From Planctomycetota bacterium (GTDB taxonomy: Bacteria > Planctomycetota > PLA2 > JAEUHO01): a stretch of DNA of 64,000 bases. Each line of letters begins with the position of its first letter. Positions within the stretch are counted from its first letter, which is position 1. Shown piece by piece: positions 47,810 to 58,168 of this stretch. Made by a program: the position numbers and the translations under genes. Below the pieces are notes generated by a model. That model did not search any database, was not told where the DNA came from, and saw nothing but the letters and a program-made list of their open reading frames with translations. Location of the stretch: positions 640,001 through 704,000 of the forward strand of contig CBDCTJ010000007.1 in NCBI GenBank assembly GCA_965222115.1, given 5' to 3'.

Positions 47810-48328
47810 CTACGATCGATGGCGTAGCAGCAGATCGATGTATGCGCAATCGATGAGATCGTCCGGAGGAATCTCGAAGTATTTCATGAGCTCGTGAGCG
47901 ATCTGAAGCCCCCGCTCGTGGGTGTCGTTATCCCCCAGCACCACCTCCAGCTCCATAAACGTACCGAGATCGGAAACGTCGTCTAAGTGAACGCGCGTTT
48001 GATCGATCATAATGAGTTCTCGCCGCTTGGTTATGGTGCCTAGTTCGCCTAGGGCTCCTGCGAGGAGTGCCCTCATCTCGCTCGGGTTTGTTACCTCCAC
48101 AATTCTGTAGTTTGATGCTTTGGGACCTTGGATGTCGGGCCGGTGATACGCAATTAGTTCCGCGGGGCCGCTGGGGAAACTACGAAGTTTGAGGCGACCG
48201 AAAGGCACGTGAAAGAATACGTCACACTGTTCCAGATGGCTCACGGGTGAGGTCGCGCGCCGATGGGCCTGCTGTCGTACACGCTCCATAGTGGCTATGC
48301 GCGCTTTGATTTCTATGTTGGTGGGCAT
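47810..48328 (-). CDS. CYTH domain protein (class IV adenylate cyclase-like)
   Basis: NIEIKAR, Q.D.FF....GRLKLR, TRVHLD.V..LGTFMELEVVL, AYIDLL. Confidence 0.9.
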   Translation of the reverse strand: MPTNIEIKARIATMERVRQQAHRRATSPVSHLEQCDVFFHVPFGRLKLRSFPSGPAELIAYHRPDIQGPKASNYRIVEVTNPSEMRALLAGALGELGTITKRRELIMIDQTRVHLDDVSDLGTFMELEVVLGDNDTHERGLQIAHELMKYFEIPPDDLIDCAYIDLLLRHRS

Positions 48329-48385
48329 GCAATGTTCCCCTGCATGAGGTGTTTACGACGGGATGGATGCGGCTAGGATCTATGA

Positions 48386-49504
48386 ATGATGCATGGCCTC
48401 TCCCACAGTTGCGTAGTGCTTCGAACGCTGTTCGTGCTAGCACTACACGCAGTGCTGCTTGTGCCAGCCACGTTGCATGCCAAAGAAGCCGAGCTTCCTT
48501 ACCCGGCCGGGCGTTCGTCGCATCGTATTGAAGGCCTTCAAGTCGAGCTCGACGTGCCGAAGGATTTGACCGCCAAGAAACCTGCTTCACTGGTTGTGAT
48601 TTTGCATGGTGCTGGCGGCACGGCCACAGGCATGGCGAGTGTGCTTCGGTTACTACCCGAGGAGAACTATGTCGTCTGTGCGCCCAAGTCGGTCGGCAAA
48701 GTTTGGCAAGCCTCGGATCTCGAAAAGGTCAAGGCGATCACCAAGCACCTATTGGATGTACTCCCCATTGAAAAGCAGAGATTTCATGTAGTCGGCTATA
48801 GCAATGGATCATTCAACCTGCATCCGCTGGCATTTCACGAAACGTTGATGCCCGCAAGTGCCACGTGGGTTGCCGGTGGACACGTGGGCGGCCCGCCTCC
48901 CAAGTGGACGGCCAAACGACTGGCGGCGTTGTGCCTCGTGGGGGCCAACGACGCGAATCTGCGCGTAGCACGCGAAACGGTAAAGAAACTTCAAGGCAAG
49001 GTTCGAACCGTGGAGATTCGCACCGAGAAAGGAAAGGGTCACGAATGGCCCGATGGGCTCATGGCCTACTACCGCTGGTGGGTTGGCGTGGCCGAGGGAC
49101 GCATTGATCCCGCCACCGACATGAATTTCAACTGGACAAATGATGTGGATCAAGCACTCAAGAAGCTCGCCGGGCAAAAGAAGGGCGGCGCGCTTGTGTG
49201 GATCTGGAAACGCGCCGACAAACCAACTGAGCTCGATACCAGTTTGCAGCGCACGCTATTTCAAGATCCCGATGTGCGCTTCTTCGGCGAACAACTCGTG
49301 CCCATACGTCTCGAAGTGGAGGCTGACGCTGATGCAGTCGCGCGCGTGTCGGCCCTTGCGAAGCTCAAGAAACCCGTGTGGCCGGTACTTGTCGTACTCA
49401 ACACAAAGGGCGTGGCCAAGAAGGTGCTGTCAAAGAAGATCACCCAGCGAAAGCTCGTGGGCGCATTGCGCAAGGTGGCGCCGATCAAGAAGCGCGACGA
49501 ATAG
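48386..49504 (+). CDS. Secreted alpha/beta hydrolase with basic C-terminal domain
   Basis: VILHGAGG, GYSNG nucleophile motif, GAND, GHEW. Confidence 0.8.
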   Translation: MMHGLSHSCVVLRTLFVLALHAVLLVPATLHAKEAELPYPAGRSSHRIEGLQVELDVPKDLTAKKPASLVVILHGAGGTATGMASVLRLLPEENYVVCAPKSVGKVWQASDLEKVKAITKHLLDVLPIEKQRFHVVGYSNGSFNLHPLAFHETLMPASATWVAGGHVGGPPPKWTAKRLAALCLVGANDANLRVARETVKKLQGKVRTVEIRTEKGKGHEWPDGLMAYYRWWVGVAEGRIDPATDMNFNWTNDVDQALKKLAGQKKGGALVWIWKRADKPTELDTSLQRTLFQDPDVRFFGEQLVPIRLEVEADADAVARVSALAKLKKPVWPVLVVLNTKGVAKKVLSKKITQRKLVGALRKVAPIKKRDE

Positions 49505-50938
49505 CTACTCGGTTGTTACCGGTGGCAGGAGCGGGGCCAACGGTTTCTGCGTTGCGCGTTTGAGAAACAACAGCGCATAGCACGTGCGTTCTGCCCCCGG
49601 GCCACTGCGATCCGCCCCCGGCCAGCGGCCCTTGTCGTCATCGTTCGTTACGTGCTGCTTGCTGAGCAAGTACTTCGCGCCATCGCGGTACCAGCGATGT
49701 TCACCCATGTTCGGAACGCCCAACAGTGCGCCCGTGCGCTCCACACCATAGAGCCAATAGTAATGCCACGAAGCGTTGCCTGGATTACTCGATACCGTGA
49801 ACATCTCGCCCAGCTTGGCCCATCCACAGAGAATCGCGTTGTCGATGTCGGCAAGCGTGTACGTTTCGACGACTTTCTTTGCGCGTACCTCAGGCGCATT
49901 GGGTTTCACATTCTTTGCAAGGACCCAGAGCTCTTTCGCAATGGCCAGGCAAGCCACCCCGGCAGCCGTCATGCTGCCGGTTATCTTGGTGTCGTGATCG
50001 CCCTTTGCCTGCTCCTTGCGGATATACGACCAGCCGCGAGCTTCTACCGTTCGGCCCTTTATGACCTCCCCGTAGCGGCGCGATTCCTTACGACTGTTGA
50101 AGTACGTGAGTTGCACCTTCGGTCCACTGGCCTCTTGCGATTCCAGTAGATAGACCAACGCCGGCGTACACAGCGCACATGCCTTCTTGGGCTTGATTGC
50201 GCCCACACGTGCGGCGGCCTTGATGGCCAGCATTACGTACTGCGTGGCCGAGAGATCTTCGGTTGCGATACTGCCCTGCCACGGCCCCGGGTAGCGCCAC
50301 ACATGCGTGGAGCGGTTCTTTTCAAACGTCTTGATGATGTCGCGAATGGACGCTTTGCACTGTCGAATGCGTCGCCGCAATGCGCGCGGAATGCGGGGCG
50401 CATCCTTGTACTTGGCTTCACACGCCTTAATCCAGGCGACTTGAAACAGCACATGCACCGCGTAGCCATAGTTGAGGAACTTGCTGCCTTGAAACCGGCC
50501 ATAGAGCGGCTTGCAACCCATGCCTAGCGTGAACACCTCATCCTCGGGATCAACGCCACACGCGGCAAGCGAATAGAGGATGAATGAGTGCAGCGGCGGA
50601 GCGAGGCCGTCATCCATCAGCTTCGGAAATGAACCGTTATACTCTGCTGCTTTGCCACGCTTCCCGCGCTGTTGATGGCGAATCAGATAGGCTTTACCCG
50701 CTTCAATAGCTCGGTCGATAGCCGCCTGGGTCTCCTTGTCCACACCGTAAATGTCTTCTTTGGGTGGATGCTTGGCTTCCTTTGGCGCGGGCTTGCTTGG
50801 TGGCGCAACGTCCCCAGGCTGCTTCTCCTCTTCGGCGTACGCATGCGAGACGATTCCGAGCACAAATCCTGCAATCACTAGGCATGCCACACCGATTCGA
50901 ACGTCGGGACCTAGGCAGCGCATCGGATTCGTCTCCAT
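49505..50938 (-). CDS. Prenyltransferase/squalene-oxidase-repeat secreted protein
   Basis: AI..G..YL..HQ, DLSATQY..LA, GWSY, GSMTAAGVACL, YYWLYGVER.G.L, WYRDGA.YLL..Q...G.W, TCYALLFL; start uncertain. Confidence 0.8.
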   Translation of the reverse strand: METNPMRCLGPDVRIGVACLVIAGFVLGIVSHAYAEEEKQPGDVAPPSKPAPKEAKHPPKEDIYGVDKETQAAIDRAIEAGKAYLIRHQQRGKRGKAAEYNGSFPKLMDDGLAPPLHSFILYSLAACGVDPEDEVFTLGMGCKPLYGRFQGSKFLNYGYAVHVLFQVAWIKACEAKYKDAPRIPRALRRRIRQCKASIRDIIKTFEKNRSTHVWRYPGPWQGSIATEDLSATQYVMLAIKAAARVGAIKPKKACALCTPALVYLLESQEASGPKVQLTYFNSRKESRRYGEVIKGRTVEARGWSYIRKEQAKGDHDTKITGSMTAAGVACLAIAKELWVLAKNVKPNAPEVRAKKVVETYTLADIDNAILCGWAKLGEMFTVSSNPGNASWHYYWLYGVERTGALLGVPNMGEHRWYRDGAKYLLSKQHVTNDDDKGRWPGADRSGPGAERTCYALLFLKRATQKPLAPLLPPVTTE

Positions 50939-51075
50939 GAGAGAGGCTGCAAGGTACCAGAATGTCGGAATCAATGGATTGGCACGCCTGGGCCGAGCGC
51001 CAAACTTGGTCGTTACGTCGAATGCAAACGACGGACTGATGGAATGACGCTTGGTCACAAGCGGTTCAAGAGGGA

Positions 51076-51846
51076 CTAGACCTCGCGCCTTCGTGCCACA
51101 AACGCAACCGATTCCATGTTTTGTGTGATCGTGCCGCCCAGACTCACGATGCGTTGATGCATCGCTGCGTAGAAAGGCCGCTTCACGTTGTCTGGCAAGA
51201 CGATGTGATCCGTGTACGTTTCAAGAATTTGAAGGTATTCATCGGCACTTCGCACAAGTTGCCTGGGCCAGCGCGCCATGTCAACGATGCTAAAGATGTT
51301 GTGGACGTCAAACTCCGCATAGACCTGCTCGATGCGTTGATCGAGTGTCCTTCGAAACGGTGGGGGACTAACCGGCCAGAAGGATGCGTAAATGTCTTGC
51401 ACCTCCGCGAGAGGCGTTACGGGCCAGTTGACGAGTATTGCAAGTGTGCCGCCGGGCCCCATCCACGATGCGACGTTGTGTTCACGCACGTCGGGATCCA
51501 ACCAATGCCATGCCATGCCGGCATACACCATGTCTACGGGTTTTGCCGGTCCGCCCCACGCTTCAAAGAGTGCCTGTTCGAATCGTACATTGGCTTTGCC
51601 GCTCAGGCGGTTACGCGCTTCAGCCAACATCTCGCTCGATGCGTCGATCGCATGAATGGCGTAGCCGCGTTTTGCGAAGCCCATGGTTGCGAGCCCTGGA
51701 CCACAACCGAGCTCCAGGAGGTTTGCCCCCGACTCAAGCCCAGCCGTGGCGATCACCCAGTCATAGAGTGCTTCGGGATACCCCGGACGCACACGACCGT
51801 AGCCCTTCGCGGTGCGATCGAATACCGACGGGTCACGACGTGCCAT
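51076..51846 (-). CDS. Class I SAM methyltransferase
   Basis: FD..A..Y...RPGYP, LELGCGPG.AT, AWHWLDP, PGGTLA. Confidence 0.9.
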   Translation of the reverse strand: MARRDPSVFDRTAKGYGRVRPGYPEALYDWVIATAGLESGANLLELGCGPGLATMGFAKRGYAIHAIDASSEMLAEARNRLSGKANVRFEQALFEAWGGPAKPVDMVYAGMAWHWLDPDVREHNVASWMGPGGTLAILVNWPVTPLAEVQDIYASFWPVSPPPFRRTLDQRIEQVYAEFDVHNIFSIVDMARWPRQLVRSADEYLQILETYTDHIVLPDNVKRPFYAAMHQRIVSLGGTITQNMESVAFVARRREV

Positions 51847-52042
51847 GTCGTCAAGCTACGCGCTCGAATCGAGCGTGTGCAGCGATTTGTTGATTCCCCG
51901 CCACCACCCGGCGTGCCTTGAGCCGAGACACTTCGGATTTGCGTATCCTTCGGGCTACGGGGTTGCCCTCTGTGAGTACTGACCACACATCTACGCCCAT
52001 CACCGGATCTTAAAGAGAGGCTTCGCGGGTAGTCTGTTTGCA

Positions 52043-53851
52043 ATGAGAGAAGTCGTTGCCATCTTGGCGGTTGTCGCGTTTACGGGCCTCGGTCTTCACT
52101 TCGGGCTTGCATCGAATGACGAGCGCAGTGAGGTGGTGCTGGAGGCACCTACTGCGAACGACGAGCGCACTGCCGTCAGTTCGGACGACATGCCCGCCAA
52201 GCGCAGCGTCAATTCCAAGCCTGTACGAGTTGCACGTAATCTCTTTGTTCGAGTGCGATATCCCGATCGATCGTATGCTGAAGGTATCTGGGTTCGTTGG
52301 CGCAACGATTCAGGCCGTAGCGAGCCGATGCAACTGGACGAGTATGGCTATGCGACGTTTTTCAATCTCAGGGCCACTCGCTATCGCGCGTTTGTCAGTG
52401 CGGACAAGTCGTTCCATGGGGAGTTCGAGATCGGGCAAGCGGATCTTGCTCTCGGTGAATCGCGAGTCGATGCAACGATTCCCAAGCCGAACGAAGTCAA
52501 GTTGCGCGTCACGCTGAATGGAGAGGCTGGGTTTCCGCAAGGGCTTGAATGGATCTATGCGGGAGACCCGCGACACCGCCTGAGCCCTGTTGACGCGATC
52601 GATCGCGAACAAGGAGTAGCGAGAGTCTTTTGGTATCCCACCTGTCGCGGCGAGCAGCGCGTTCTTGAGTTTGTTGCGCGTGACTGGGTCCTTCGGAAGC
52701 CATCCTCCAAGGTCGTAGTACTCGGAAGCGATGCGCGGCAAGTCACTCGTCACGTGGACCTCGTGTGGGGCGGCTCCATAGAACTACGCGTCAAGCGTCC
52801 CGCTTCGGGAACTCCTGAGCTGAGAATCCAACGGCTAGACGAGGCTACAGGTGTGTGGATCACTGACTACGCTCGTCGTACGGACTCCGTCGTGGGTCCC
52901 AATGCTCGAATCAGCCCACTTGCATCGGGTACGTACCGCGTAGTCTCCGTAACGGGTGGGTCGGTCAGTGATTCGGTAGATGTTCGGGCGGGCGAGGCGT
53001 CTCGCCTCACGTTTGATCTCAGCCAAGAGGTGGAGATTGAGGGATGTGTGCGGTCCGCCGTTGGAATCATTCCTTCAGACATCGAGATAGAGGTTCGCGG
53101 TCGCCAATTTAATGACGAGACGTTTCGCGACCGGGTACACGGCAATCGTAGCTATCCGCGTGTCCCCGTTAATCCGGATGGATCGTTTCAGGTGACGATC
53201 CCGGGTTCGCATGAAGTTGAGCTGCACCCCATACACAAACTACTCGTGCTTGATACCGAGCGTAGCGTGGCGAAGTTGACGCGTCCGCGCGACGATGTCT
53301 TCGTGAGATCAAGACCCGGTAGGCGCGTCTTGGTGCGTAAACACAAGGGCGGACGTCTAAAAAGAATTTTGGCATTTCGAGAACCGTTCACTGCGCACGA
53401 CCCCGGGATCAATATTGACTCGCGCTACCTTCGAAATGGGGATCTCGCCATACAGAACTTCCCACCAGGAACGTGGACTGTGTGGATTGACTCAGCCGGA
53501 TTCCTGCCCCTGGTGCTTCGAAACGTCGTCATCTCCAAAGAGGGCCGCGATCTCGGCGTGATCACTTTTGAGAGAGGCGTCCCGTTTCGCATGCGCTGCC
53601 TGCTTCCAGATGGGCAGCAGTCTCCCCCCAAGTTCGTAGTCCTGACGTCCACTACTCACCCGCGCTTTACGCGCCGGGGAGACTACAACGACGGATGGTT
53701 GACGTTTCGGGGTCTGACACCCGGTCGGTATCTGATTCAGATCAAGGACGGGTATTACGGACGAGTCTCGACGATTGCGGATGCGGTCTTTGATCCGGAG
53801 CATCCCATTGGGCCCCTCCTCGACTTGCGCCCGCCTCACTCCGACAAGTAA
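52043..53851 (+). CDS. Membrane-anchored beta-sandwich protein, paralog of the C-terminal half of 44818-47784
   Basis: V.V.YPD......WV, G.ATF.NL, VTLNG..G.P, GG..E.R...P, TFDLS.E, V.PDG.FQ, PPGTWT.W.D..GF.PL. Confidence 0.85.
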   Translation: MREVVAILAVVAFTGLGLHFGLASNDERSEVVLEAPTANDERTAVSSDDMPAKRSVNSKPVRVARNLFVRVRYPDRSYAEGIWVRWRNDSGRSEPMQLDEYGYATFFNLRATRYRAFVSADKSFHGEFEIGQADLALGESRVDATIPKPNEVKLRVTLNGEAGFPQGLEWIYAGDPRHRLSPVDAIDREQGVARVFWYPTCRGEQRVLEFVARDWVLRKPSSKVVVLGSDARQVTRHVDLVWGGSIELRVKRPASGTPELRIQRLDEATGVWITDYARRTDSVVGPNARISPLASGTYRVVSVTGGSVSDSVDVRAGEASRLTFDLSQEVEIEGCVRSAVGIIPSDIEIEVRGRQFNDETFRDRVHGNRSYPRVPVNPDGSFQVTIPGSHEVELHPIHKLLVLDTERSVAKLTRPRDDVFVRSRPGRRVLVRKHKGGRLKRILAFREPFTAHDPGINIDSRYLRNGDLAIQNFPPGTWTVWIDSAGFLPLVLRNVVISKEGRDLGVITFERGVPFRMRCLLPDGQQSPPKFVVLTSTTHPRFTRRGDYNDGWLTFRGLTPGRYLIQIKDGYYGRVSTIADAVFDPEHPIGPLLDLRPPHSDK

Positions 53852-53896
53852 GCAATCGAGTCCATTTTGGCTGCTTCCCAATTCGATCGACGGATC

Positions 53897-54511
53897 TCAG
53901 TCCTCTTTTTGCGACAAGCGCGTCTTGAGCCACGCGCGCGCGACGTACCACTCCGTTCGGATGAACGTTTCGGAGCGATGAAAGACGTGGGCCACATCAG
54001 CGACGGACATGCCGGCGAAGAATCGAAGTTCGACAATCCGCGCCTTGCTCTCGTCGTGGTCGGCAAGTTCTGAAAGCGCGTTGTCGAGTTCCAAAAGATC
54101 AAGGCCCAACTCATCGTCGCCAGACGAAAGGCCCGCCATGGTCACGCGCTGCCATCCTCCACCGCGTTTGGCGGCTTGACGCTTTCGTGCGTGATCGACA
54201 AGTATGTGTCGCATGGCGCGAGCGACGAGTGCGAGGAAGTGTGCACGATCACTTGGTAGGGCGTGCTCCGAATCAATGAGCCGCGCGTAGGCCTCGTGGG
54301 CAAGCGCTGTGGCCTGAAGCGTGTGTCCCTTGCGTTCCCCGCGCATGAGTGTGTGCGCGAGCCGACGTACCTCATCGTAGATCATGGGATCGAGGCGAGG
54401 ATCGGATGCATCGCCTCGTTCGCACATCGCGCGCAAGAGTTCCGCGGCCTCGGGCCTTGAGGCATCGCCTGAATCGTGAACCGAATCGTCGGTTGTTGGG
54501 TCACTCGACAT
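53897..54511 (-). CDS. ECF sigma factor, TIGR02999 type
   Basis: YDEVRRLA...MRGER.GHTLQATALAHEAY.RL...R.HF....ARAMR.ILVDHAR...A.KRGG...VELRFFAG. Confidence 0.92.
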   Translation of the reverse strand: MSSDPTTDDSVHDSGDASRPEAAELLRAMCERGDASDPRLDPMIYDEVRRLAHTLMRGERKGHTLQATALAHEAYARLIDSEHALPSDRAHFLALVARAMRHILVDHARKRQAAKRGGGWQRVTMAGLSSGDDELGLDLLELDNALSELADHDESKARIVELRFFAGMSVADVAHVFHRSETFIRTEWYVARAWLKTRLSQKED

Positions 54512-54548
54512 AGACACTGCGCACATGATACGACCATGTGGCATGGTT

Positions 54549-57500
54549 TCATCGACTTCGGTGCATCACCATGGCGCTTGCTGCCACGCGATCGCGCGGC
54601 TCTAGGGTTGGGTCTGCCAGGCACGCCCGCAGCCGACCTTCAAGGTCGGAGGCCGCAAGCCACGTTCGATCAACGATGGGGGCAATGCGCGTGGCCTGCA
54701 GTGCGGCGAGGCGCTGCCGATGAAGACGTTTGGCGATGGTCGTGGTTGGCCAGAGTTTGACACTTCCATCCCCCGCGCCAGAGGCAAGCATGGTGCCATC
54801 GGGTGAAATGGCTAGTGCGCTCACGTAGTCGTTATGCCCGTGCATCACCATTAATTGGCGACGGTCATCCACGTCATAGAGATGAATGGTGCCGTCACGC
54901 AGTCCGAGCAACGCCCGGCTCCCGTCGTGCGTCAAGATCGCGGAAAGGACTTGGCTGTTGGTGGGGTGATGCCAGGGGTCGTCATCTCCCGCAGCATTTT
55001 GCACGGTAAAGCGTGCGTGGACGCCCGTTGGTGCGCCCGATGCCTGGATCACGCGCGTGGCCCGCCGCATGTGCTCACCCCAGCGCGGCGGAAGCGAAGC
55101 GGCTCGAGGATTTCGATATAGACGCATGGGATCCGTGTTCGTCTTCGGCGGGACTGGTCGCGAGGCCTCGGCAAATGAGACCGTGTCTATGCGGCCATCG
55201 TTGTCTACGAGCAATCCCTCACGTTCAAGCCCGAGTACAGCACGTGAAACAGGGCTCGAAAACACGACGCGTTTGCTCCACACATCCCACACGATGACGC
55301 CAGGCTTTGCGAGCTGCACAGCGAGGCGTTCCCCATCCGGGCTCCAGTCGAGTAGGTGCGCAGCGAAGTATCCTCGGTTCTCGCGCCGTACGTTCGCGAC
55401 CGCGGGATCATCAAAACTCAAGTGGCCCACTTCCTGTTCGGTCCATGTGTCCCAAATCACCACGCGACCATCCCAGGCAGCACTCGCAAGCCATCGGCCC
55501 CCGGGATGCCAGGCCAGGCGGTAGATGTAGGGGTAGGGTTGATGCCCGATCGCGTGGTCCAGTTCGCCCGTGGAGGGCATGGGAGGCCAGTCAATGACTG
55601 CGCCATGCGTGAGCGTGCGCATACTTCCATCAGGACGAAATCGCACAGCTTGCGCTGTCTTGACACCAACGCTGCTCGTACCGCTCATGGGGTTCTTCAA
55701 TCGTGCGTCCCACAGGGTGCGCCTGAGCGCACGACGCGCCAGATCCCAAATCTGAACGGACCCGTCGAGCAGAAGAATCGCGATCAGCGATTCGTGGCGT
55801 GCGAAATCGAAATCGGCCATACTCAAACCGATGCGATGACTCAGCATCCACGTTTCACCCGATGCGGTGTCTTGCACCATCGGTCGCCGAAGGCCGTTGA
55901 GCGTCAGGCGGCCGTCCGGGCTGAATCCGCGCAATGTAAGATCGCCCGGCAGGCGCGGTGTTTCGATGGCTGTTGAGGTCTTCAAGTCGTAGCAACGTCG
56001 GGTTCCACGTGGGTCGTAAGCACTAAGAAAGCGACCGCCGGATAAGTCAAGCCGATGGCCGGCGAGATACGTGCTTAGACGCGCATCATCGATCATCACG
56101 CCGGCGCGTATATCCACGATGCGAGGAGGCGATGCTTCACGCCACAATACGTACTCGCATTCACGAAACTCAGAGGCGAGCGATTGACTCGGAGACGTCG
56201 ACGTAACCGTTCGTGCGATTCGCCTCTGTTCGCAATCAATAACGATGAGCTGATCTTTAGAACTCACGATGAGTGAAGGGTCCTTCCCGTGACTCCACGA
56301 CAGGCGTCCTTCGGGCGAGGAATGCTCTTCATCAAAGAGAGGTTCGAGTCGGGCGGCGTTCAAGTCGACGTAGCAAATCGTTCCGTTGGCATCTCGGCAC
56401 GCCGCGCGATCTGGATGGGGCGAGACGATGACGCGCGCATGCGCTGGAAGGTTGGAGATCGTACGAATGGACGCTGCGTTGTGAGCATGGGCGCGAAGCA
56501 GACGAGCTTCGAGTGTTTGATCATTGTCGTTCAGTTTGAGTTGATCGAGGGTTCCGACTACTTCGCTCCAGCGTTCGGCCTCAACACCAAACCATGCGGC
56601 ACGCATGAGTGCGGCGCGATGATCGAGCGTGGCCCGTTTGGCGACTTGCTGCGCGCGAGTTTCTGCCTTGATGGCTGTGGATCGCTGCCATAGCGCAACC
56701 GCCAACCCACTCAACAACGCGACGCCGACAAGCGCCAAGAGCCCGAACGTTGCGCGGTTACGCCGAACGAGTTTGCGCATTTGATAGAAGCGCGACGGTG
56801 CACGTGCTTCGACCGGCTCGTGGCTTAGGTAGCGCCGCAAATCGTCACCAAACTCGCGGACGCTGCGGTAGCGTCGCGTGGCATCGGTCGCCAGAGCCTT
56901 GCTGAAAATCGCGCTCAAATCTTCGTCGATCGTCGGAACAAGCGTAGAGAGCGATGGTGCGTCGCGTTCGACGACCTGCTGGACCGCCTGATGAAGAGGT
57001 AGCCCCTGAACAATATGCGGTGGACGTTCGGCTAGCAGTTCATACCCCACAGCGCCGAGCCCATACACGTCCACGCGCACGTCAAGCGGTTCGCCCGTGC
57101 GCACGGCTTGCTCGGGGCTCATGTACGCAAGGGTTCCCATGAACAACCCCGAAGCGGTCAGACTCGCGTGGCCATGCTCATCATCAAACGTTCGACCGAT
57201 TCCGAAATCTAGTACGTGCGGGCGCCGCTCCGAATCGACAAGCACGTTGCTGGGTTTGAGATCGCGGTGCAGTACGCCGTTGTCATGCGCGTACTGAACG
57301 GCGTCGGCAACCGTGCGCAGGAGCGTCATGCGCGAGCGCACGTCCAGATCATGCTCTCGTACGTACTCGTGAATGGGAAGTCCCGCAATGTACTCCAGCA
57401 CGAGATAGGGCAAGGGCCCGGTCGGGGTCTTCATGCGACCCATCGAGTACACGCGTGCGATGCCCGGGTGGCGGAGGCGTGCGAGCAAGTGTCCCTCGGC

Positions 57501-57935
57501 TTCAAAGCGACGAATACTCTCGGGCGCCAACAGCTCGAGCCGGATGACTTTGATCGCAACGCGTCGGCTGGGGTTCTCTTGCTCGGCTTCATACACGGTG
57601 CCCATACCGCCGGATGCGATGAAGCGTGTAATCCGGTAAGGCCCTATGCGCTCTGGTATGCGACTGTCAATGAAGTCGCCGGCGGCGCGCGTCTCTGACC
57701 GAACGGCGCGTAGGGCCGATGCGTGCAGTCCCTGTTCGTCATCGTGCGCAGCCAGTTCCGCTTCATGGGCCACGAGCATGTCGAGCAGCACATCGCGCAC
57801 GGCCTCGCGGCCGGCGGTCTGCTGCATGAGAAAGGCGCGCGCGGCATCGCCGCTCAAATCTGCCCGTAGCAGTTCTGCGAAGATCTCGGAAACGAGTGCG
57901 AATTGCTCCGAGCTTAAGGCGGAAGACTGAGTCAT
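54549..57935 (-). CDS. Ser/Thr protein kinase with TM segment and WD40-like repeats
   Basis: GGMGTVYEA, VAIK, HRDLKPSN, DFG, GT..YMSPEQ, DVYGLG; C-terminal LASAAWDG.V.IWD and GH...V..LAISPDG..LASG..DG.VKLW. Confidence 0.95.
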   Translation of the reverse strand: MTQSSALSSEQFALVSEIFAELLRADLSGDAARAFLMQQTAGREAVRDVLLDMLVAHEAELAAHDDEQGLHASALRAVRSETRAAGDFIDSRIPERIGPYRITRFIASGGMGTVYEAEQENPSRRVAIKVIRLELLAPESIRRFEAEGHLLARLRHPGIARVYSMGRMKTPTGPLPYLVLEYIAGLPIHEYVREHDLDVRSRMTLLRTVADAVQYAHDNGVLHRDLKPSNVLVDSERRPHVLDFGIGRTFDDEHGHASLTASGLFMGTLAYMSPEQAVRTGEPLDVRVDVYGLGAVGYELLAERPPHIVQGLPLHQAVQQVVERDAPSLSTLVPTIDEDLSAIFSKALATDATRRYRSVREFGDDLRRYLSHEPVEARAPSRFYQMRKLVRRNRATFGLLALVGVALLSGLAVALWQRSTAIKAETRAQQVAKRATLDHRAALMRAAWFGVEAERWSEVVGTLDQLKLNDNDQTLEARLLRAHAHNAASIRTISNLPAHARVIVSPHPDRAACRDANGTICYVDLNAARLEPLFDEEHSSPEGRLSWSHGKDPSLIVSSKDQLIVIDCEQRRIARTVTSTSPSQSLASEFRECEYVLWREASPPRIVDIRAGVMIDDARLSTYLAGHRLDLSGGRFLSAYDPRGTRRCYDLKTSTAIETPRLPGDLTLRGFSPDGRLTLNGLRRPMVQDTASGETWMLSHRIGLSMADFDFARHESLIAILLLDGSVQIWDLARRALRRTLWDARLKNPMSGTSSVGVKTAQAVRFRPDGSMRTLTHGAVIDWPPMPSTGELDHAIGHQPYPYIYRLAWHPGGRWLASAAWDGRVVIWDTWTEQEVGHLSFDDPAVANVRRENRGYFAAHLLDWSPDGERLAVQLAKPGVIVWDVWSKRVVFSSPVSRAVLGLEREGLLVDNDGRIDTVSFAEASRPVPPKTNTDPMRLYRNPRAASLPPRWGEHMRRATRVIQASGAPTGVHARFTVQNAAGDDDPWHHPTNSQVLSAILTHDGSRALLGLRDGTIHLYDVDDRRQLMVMHGHNDYVSALAISPDGTMLASGAGDGSVKLWPTTTIAKRLHRQRLAALQATRIAPIVDRTWLAASDLEGRLRACLADPTLEPRDRVAASAMVMHRSR

Positions 57936-58168
57936 TGACGAAATCCTACGTTATCGGGAATTGCACCCGTTTGTCGAATGCTCTTCCAGACGTTCTTGCT
58001 AGGCGCAATACGGTCGCGCGTCATCGCAACAAAGTGGTCACGACCTTCGATAAGGGCGGGTTGTCGTTTTTTTCTCGTTTTCCGCGATGCGTACTCGCTG
58101 GTTTGCGCAATGGCGTGTGTGGGCGGTTCCTTCGCTCATTCCGTTCCGCGTTTTCTGGGAGGTGTCAC

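Noticed and set aside
5641-51070. Shared TGAACCGCTTnnGACC upstream of the ECF fusion (~5658-5673, minus) and the prenyltransferase-repeat gene (~51053-51068, minus)
   Set aside because: Putative -10 GTC elements lie at different spacings and there are only two instances; not enough to call a regulon.
57896-58168. 91-codon N-terminal extension of the PA-like ORF in the track
   Set aside because: It overlaps the divergent kinase start; the RBS and lipoprotein signal point to ATG 58169.
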